From positions 4,512,001-4,576,000 of the forward strand of contig OY769902.1 of assembly GCA_963669175.1 (NCBI GenBank): a stretch of 64,000 nucleotides of DNA. The letters run 5' to 3'. Origin of the DNA: a bacterium (lineage in GTDB: Bacteria > Electryoneota > Electryoneia > Electryoneales > Electryoneaceae). Position numbers and translations under genes: made by a program. The notes beneath the pieces were generated by a model. That model was not told where the DNA came from and did no database searches. It worked only from the letters and a program-made list of their open reading frames with translations. Below, piece after piece: positions 59,444 through 64,000 of this stretch (positions within the stretch are counted from its first letter, which is position 1; the number at the start of each line of letters is the position of its first letter).

Positions 59444-60205
59444 CTAGTCCTCGTTGTCACCTAAACCTTTGTTTTTCTGTTCATCGCTTTTCATAGTATG
59501 CGATGAAACTTCTTCAGAATCGGGAAGTGCCGGGAATTCACCGGTCTGCATTGCCCTCGCAATACGACTTGTGATGTGACCACTGGTATTTTCCGGCAGT
59601 GAATGCACACTTTGTCCACCCTGCAGATGGTGGATCTCCCGCTGTTCAACCTTCTGGATCAGCAGGATGGCCAGTTCGGACGGCGACTTGGGACCGTTCG
59701 CGCCCAGCAGTCCAGCATCACGCTGTTCACGATTGACCTTCAGTGCGGTCAAGTGGCGGTTCATTACCCTGGACAGTTCATCAATCGTCGATCCTGCCGC
59801 ACCCCCACGAATCCCTCTTATCAACTGGATATAGCTCATTGACGCGATCTGGACATAAGCCAGATCATTTGCCTTGTTCAGATCCGGGAAGGATTTGTAC
59901 ATCTCGTCAATGAATGACTGGAACAGTTCTTTCTCTTCATCTGACTGCAGTGCAGGTACGAACGCACCATGCGTCATGCCGTGTTTGTTGCCAGGATGCG
60001 ACTGGTTGGGGTGTGAGGCGCTTTTGCCACCATGGTGGTAGCATTTGCCGTTAGCCATCGCAGGAGCGCCACACGGGCCGCCGTGTCGCTTTGAACGGGC
60101 AGAACAACGCTTTGCTTCAACCAAGTGCTTTGGTTTTTTCGACACCGGGGCTGCATCCCCACTTTCAGGGGTGCGGGAAGGCGCTTTTTCGCGGTTATTA
60201 CTCAT
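59444..60205 (-). CDS. HGGxSTG-domain protein, probable terminase small subunit
   Basis: CSARSKR.GGPC.APAMANGKCYHHGGKS and GNKHGMTHG; upstream of terL on the same strand. Confidence 0.72.
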   Translation of the reverse strand: MSNNREKAPSRTPESGDAAPVSKKPKHLVEAKRCSARSKRHGGPCGAPAMANGKCYHHGGKSASHPNQSHPGNKHGMTHGAFVPALQSDEEKELFQSFIDEMYKSFPDLNKANDLAYVQIASMSYIQLIRGIRGGAAGSTIDELSRVMNRHLTALKVNREQRDAGLLGANGPKSPSELAILLIQKVEQREIHHLQGGQSVHSLPENTSGHITSRIARAMQTGEFPALPDSEEVSSHTMKSDEQKNKGLGDNED

Positions 60206-60279
60206 TTACTTCCTCTCTTGACTCTCTCTAAGCACACTGAATACCTTCACTTACCCAAACAACTAGCAAGGGGACAACC

Positions 60280-60576
60280 ATGAGTTATTTCGCAGTGATT
60301 ACTTTTGATCTTGCAAATGCAAGTTCAAAGGATTATGAAAATGCCTATAGTGATCTTAGCGACATTGGATTTTCCAAACAAATAGCCTCTTCAGAAGGAA
60401 ATAACATCACCTTACCTACAACGACATGTGCAGGTGAGTTCAATGGCAATAGTGCTGGTGACGTGAGAACAGACTTAGCAAATCTTGTTAAGAACGCCTT
60501 CAAAGCACGTGGCTTCACTTCAGAAATATTCATTGTCGTTGCCGGTAATTGGGCTTGGAGTCATAGAACGACTTGA
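60280..60576 (+). CDS. Small ferredoxin-fold protein, GhoS/DUF2622-like
   Basis: VITFDL..ASSKDYE.....L..IGFSKQI....G....LP pattern; AAGGGG RBS; opposite strand to the phage genes. Confidence 0.5.
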   Translation: MSYFAVITFDLANASSKDYENAYSDLSDIGFSKQIASSEGNNITLPTTTCAGEFNGNSAGDVRTDLANLVKNAFKARGFTSEIFIVVAGNWAWSHRTT

Positions 60577-61275
60577 CACATTCCCTAATTTTCTTTCAGA
60601 TCCATCCGGTCCAATCTTCCGAATCCAAGGTTGATCAACATCCGGGTTGTAGAAGCGCAGGACATTGCGATTGTTTCGCACACAAACTATCTCGATGTGT
60701 TTTTCAGACACTTCACCGATGGTCTGACCATCGTGTAGGAAGCACACAAGACCATAATCTTGACCGCATGGAAATCGGAACCTTCCTCGATTCTGATACA
60801 GGCGTGGCTCAGACCAACCTAAGCTCAGTGCCTTGTCACGGATGGCATCCACCAGTTTGATTGTTTCGTGATTGATGGATCGGGTGAATGACCAGTCACC
60901 ATCATCTGGATAGAGATGAGGTGCAGAAAGCGCGGAACTCTGTTGCTCGTTGCCGTGAAAAATTCTTTTTAATTTGGGTGGTTGATAGTCATCCGGGTTC
61001 AGTCGATGGATGGAATCGAGAAGAGATGGTTTGCCGTACTGTTTGACAGCCCATTCATGCAGGGAGTTGAAGCGGACACGGGTTTGATTAAATGCTGATG
61101 TTTTCAGCATGCCATCTCTCATGGCCTTTTCCGCCACTCCCATACGGTAGCGAAGCCATGCGTAGTACTCCGGATCAAGGCGACGGTACATGATCCTGTC
61201 GTGTTCTACTTCCTTCAGCTCACTATGCAGATCATCGATATTCATTGAGTTCAGTGTTGTTGAAACAAACAGCAT
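60520..61275 (-). CDS. Hypothetical phage protein
   Basis: 251-aa ORF directly downstream of the primase with GAAAGGA RBS. Confidence 0.65.
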   Translation of the reverse strand: MLFVSTTLNSMNIDDLHSELKEVEHDRIMYRRLDPEYYAWLRYRMGVAEKAMRDGMLKTSAFNQTRVRFNSLHEWAVKQYGKPSLLDSIHRLNPDDYQPPKLKRIFHGNEQQSSALSAPHLYPDDGDWSFTRSINHETIKLVDAIRDKALSLGWSEPRLYQNRGRFRFPCGQDYGLVCFLHDGQTIGEVSEKHIEIVCVRNNRNVLRFYNPDVDQPWIRKIGPDGSERKLGNVSSRSMTPSPITGNDNEYF

Positions 61276-61299
61276 CGTTTTCCTTTCAGGTAATTCAAA

Positions 61300-64000
61300 T
61301 CAGAATGGAAGTTCTGACTCATCAGTTTTTCCTAAATCATCAGGGAGATCCAGCAGATCAAAGTCCTGTTCAGGACCGCTGGAAATGTTGGAAATGTCGA
61401 TGGAGATGTTATTTTCAGACATTTCCATCGCTGAAACGCTTTGCTGACGCTGGTTTGAATGATCCGTGGAGATGTTGGAGATGTGAGCCCCCCTATTACT
61501 TACATGTGCGTGTGCGCGTGTATGTGTGTATACATGATCATACCCGCGTAGGTTAGGGGTTACATCTCCAACATTTCCATTATTCCCTGAATCGACCGTC
61601 TGGCTTGGGTTTCCAAGTTGGAGATGTTGCTGTAAAACATCTCCATCCACATTTCCAACATCTCCATTTTCCGCATCATTTTTCGATGGAGATGGATCGA
61701 CTTTCTGAAGTGCGACACAAAAACCACCTGCATGTTTCCCATGAAGCTGAACTTTCACCTGCTTCAATCCCTGGAAGACTCTGTCCTGATATCTGCCTAG
61801 CGCTTTCCCCAACCGGATCTGTTTGGATCGCTCATTCTTATCACCTCGGAGTGCAGGTAATAATTCCTTGTCTTCACAAAGCTGGTTCAGATCACAGACA
61901 CGCTTCGGTTCATCGCCAAACTCATCCCACCAGGCAACAATGAATTCACTCCAGGCCTGAGTGACTTCATCCGATTCTTTGTACATGTCGTTAAGGTTTT
62001 CGAGAAATCCTGGTATCCCGGCATTATCAAGAATCCCGCCTATCACACTCGACCAGTTTTCGAATGAGCCAAGCGTGTGAGCCGATTCATGCTGACCTGC
62101 TGCAACCCAGGCTTGTATCAGGATCAACAAAGCTGAAACCAGCTCCGTTCGATTGCTTTTCACCCAATCCACGAGCTTTGGATGCCTGAATCCCTGCCCC
62201 TCACGAAGCCAGGGACGCTCCATATCCGGCTGTAGTCGAATGCGGATACAACGCCGAGCAAGTTCTGCGGTGAGCTTGGGATTGTTGCCGGTTATCATCC
62301 ACATGGCACGGTTGGGAAGCGTCAACATAGCTGACTGTCCGAGGAGTCGGTCCTTCCAGACCTCGGAAGTGACAACAGAAGCAAGCGGTGCACTGTCAAG
62401 CTGCCTTCGTTCCGAAGTGTTGTCCAGCAAGATGATCGAACCGCCCATGGACAATTCCGCAGTGATCATCTTTCGTGTTTCATCTTCCTGGGTCGGCAGG
62501 GTTCGAGAATCAGCAGGTTGTGCTGTTGCCAACTGTGAAACGATGCTGCAGAGCAGCCCTTTGCCTGAACCTGGTGTTGGTGCAGTGAAAAGATGTATCG
62601 GAGTATTTCCCCGAATCATCCTCTGTGCGAATGGAAGCAGCATGGCAGCGACCATGTGTGCACGATCCGACTGCGTCTTGAATGGAAAATCGTGCAGTAC
62701 CTCATCCAGGATCAGGTCGCGAGCATATGAAATAGCATGATTATCAGGATTCTCCGGGACATCAATCTTCCCAAGTGAATCATGCGGCTCATACCACAAC
62801 GCTTCTTTTGGATGGTATCCGGGTGTTTTAATAAGGACACCTTTTGAGCTATAGACTGGGGCTGTGACGATTGAGTCAATCTGAGGAAGGTCCCTGTCAA
62901 TGAACTCAGGCATGTCACGGGACACTTCCCGCATCGGAACAACATCGACAGGACCTCTTTCCGTTTCTCGATACCAAGAGGCTATCCGCGCGAGCAATCC
63001 ATAGCGCGCAGATTCATTCATCAGATCAAAACGTGTACGAATAAAGGGTTCGCCATTCTTGTTGACAAGCTGTTCCCTGACAATCCTCACCAATGTTCCC
63101 GAACGATTATACAAGTAGGGTTTATCGCCAGGCAGTCGGCTTTCACTTGAGTTATGCAAATGAACTGCATCCCACGCGTCTTCAATGATATCCCGAAGTT
63201 GCCTGTGATTAACCTGTATCTCTGGAAGGGGAATTTTCCTTGGTGATGATCTGCTTTGCTTCCTCCTTGGCAGCTGTACTCCCGATAATTCTGCGATCCG
63301 TTTGACCGCCCCCTTCATGTCATGCGCAGGGCCATGCTGGACGAGGAAATCGAAAACGGATATGGTTTCACCGGAAATGAATGAATGGAACGATCCGCGT
63401 TCGACAGAGTTCGTTCCATCCGAAACACCAGCAGAGGGATTCATGTCACCCGATTGGGATGATGGATCGCGACATTCGAGCCAGCCATCTCCTGATGTGT
63501 TGCCGGTCAGCAAGTCACCATAGATGTCCGAAAGTTGAATTGTCGCTAAGGCTTCACTGCGCCAGAGTTTCCACTCTCTGCTGTTGTCAGGATTTGAAAT
63601 TGGTGAAGTTGGCTTGGTATCGGGCTTTGCTGTAGCTTTCAGCACTTGGTCAAGTGCAGTTTGATCTATTCGTTCGAATGAATCAGGTTGATAAGCTGAG
63701 AATGCTCCATCATTTATTCTGAAGAATCGGTTTCCCTCGCCTTTCGCACCGAACCACCAAGGAAGCCAGACAAGGTTGCCCAAGCCATCTTTATTCAGTT
63801 TGTCCTGCTTGGGAAATACTTCAATCCCTTTCGCTTTATCCGGTCTGGCATTCCCGCCTTGTGCCAGAGGGATATCCGATGGAAGCAGCTGCAATGCAAG
63901 TTTGCGCACCTTGGACGCAGGAATGCCTGGCTCGAAAAAACACCACAGGTGCCATCCAAGGCCACCACCTGAACGTTCGAGGTAAGCAGGAAGATGGTGT
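61300..64000 (-). CDS. AEP-type (TOTE-like) primase fused to a P-loop helicase-like domain, 5' partial
   Basis: Frame open to the window edge with YLERSGGGLGWHLWCFF; EVFPKQ...GNLVWLP; APTPGSGKG, ILLDN, TGNN, LARR. Confidence 0.82.
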   Translation of the reverse strand, partial: HHLPAYLERSGGGLGWHLWCFFEPGIPASKVRKLALQLLPSDIPLAQGGNARPDKAKGIEVFPKQDKLNKDGLGNLVWLPWWFGAKGEGNRFFRINDGAFSAYQPDSFERIDQTALDQVLKATAKPDTKPTSPISNPDNSREWKLWRSEALATIQLSDIYGDLLTGNTSGDGWLECRDPSSQSGDMNPSAGVSDGTNSVERGSFHSFISGETISVFDFLVQHGPAHDMKGAVKRIAELSGVQLPRRKQSRSSPRKIPLPEIQVNHRQLRDIIEDAWDAVHLHNSSESRLPGDKPYLYNRSGTLVRIVREQLVNKNGEPFIRTRFDLMNESARYGLLARIASWYRETERGPVDVVPMREVSRDMPEFIDRDLPQIDSIVTAPVYSSKGVLIKTPGYHPKEALWYEPHDSLGKIDVPENPDNHAISYARDLILDEVLHDFPFKTQSDRAHMVAAMLLPFAQRMIRGNTPIHLFTAPTPGSGKGLLCSIVSQLATAQPADSRTLPTQEDETRKMITAELSMGGSIILLDNTSERRQLDSAPLASVVTSEVWKDRLLGQSAMLTLPNRAMWMITGNNPKLTAELARRCIRIRLQPDMERPWLREGQGFRHPKLVDWVKSNRTELVSALLILIQAWVAAGQHESAHTLGSFENWSSVIGGILDNAGIPGFLENLNDMYKESDEVTQAWSEFIVAWWDEFGDEPKRVCDLNQLCEDKELLPALRGDKNERSKQIRLGKALGRYQDRVFQGLKQVKVQLHGKHAGGFCVALQKVDPSPSKNDAENGDVGNVDGDVLQQHLQLGNPSQTVDSGNNGNVGDVTPNLRGYDHVYTHTRAHAHVSNRGAHISNISTDHSNQRQQSVSAMEMSENNISIDISNISSGPEQDFDLLDLPDDLGKTDESELPF
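61381..61665. repeat. Dyad-symmetric array of 12 GGA(A/G)ATGT octamers, probable replication origin
   Basis: Forward copies at 61381, 61390, 61402, 61468, 61477, 61620; inverted copies at 61419, 61562, 61571, 61637, 61649, 61658. Confidence 0.85.

Noticed and set aside
61381-61665. Repeat array considered as a CRISPR array
   Set aside because: Repeats are 8 bp, in both orientations and unevenly spaced, with no cas genes

Overview
This bacterial window (probably FCB superphylum, judged from a T9SS-type QNYPNPFNP C-terminal domain) is almost all accessory DNA and has two parts. (1) 1-46875 is a genomic island of cargo blocks, the three complete ones about 10.6-13 kb, separated by co-oriented copies of one TGT...ACA-ended IS481-like family: two near-full copies, two ~214-bp internally deleted MITE-like copies and extra isolated ends. 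The blocks carry a sigma54-controlled cfa/DUF1365/FAD-oxidoreductase/lipocalin lipid-modification operon; a sigma54 two-component-controlled NuoE / NuoF-GltD fusion / NuoG-like / FMN glutamate-synthase-like / PEP-synthase-like operon; a stress/envelope block (carboxyethyl-ornithine synthase, radical SAM, GGDEF, ice-binding protein, OmpA, SPFH, TetR); and cyclic beta-1,2-glucan synthase plus pfkB. (2) After an IS4 element come a Ppl-like PHP-ATPase defence gene and a phage-like element: AEP primase-helicase, HGGxSTG protein, large terminase, portal and gp7/MuF, with no capsid gene in the window. An opposite-strand tyrosine recombinase-amidoligase-double GGCT cassette sits between the terminase genes. 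The primase 3' end holds a dyad-symmetric array of 12 octamers around a 36-bp purine/pyrimidine-alternating tract, a probable replication origin. All family calls come from motif recognition by eye; no database searches were run.
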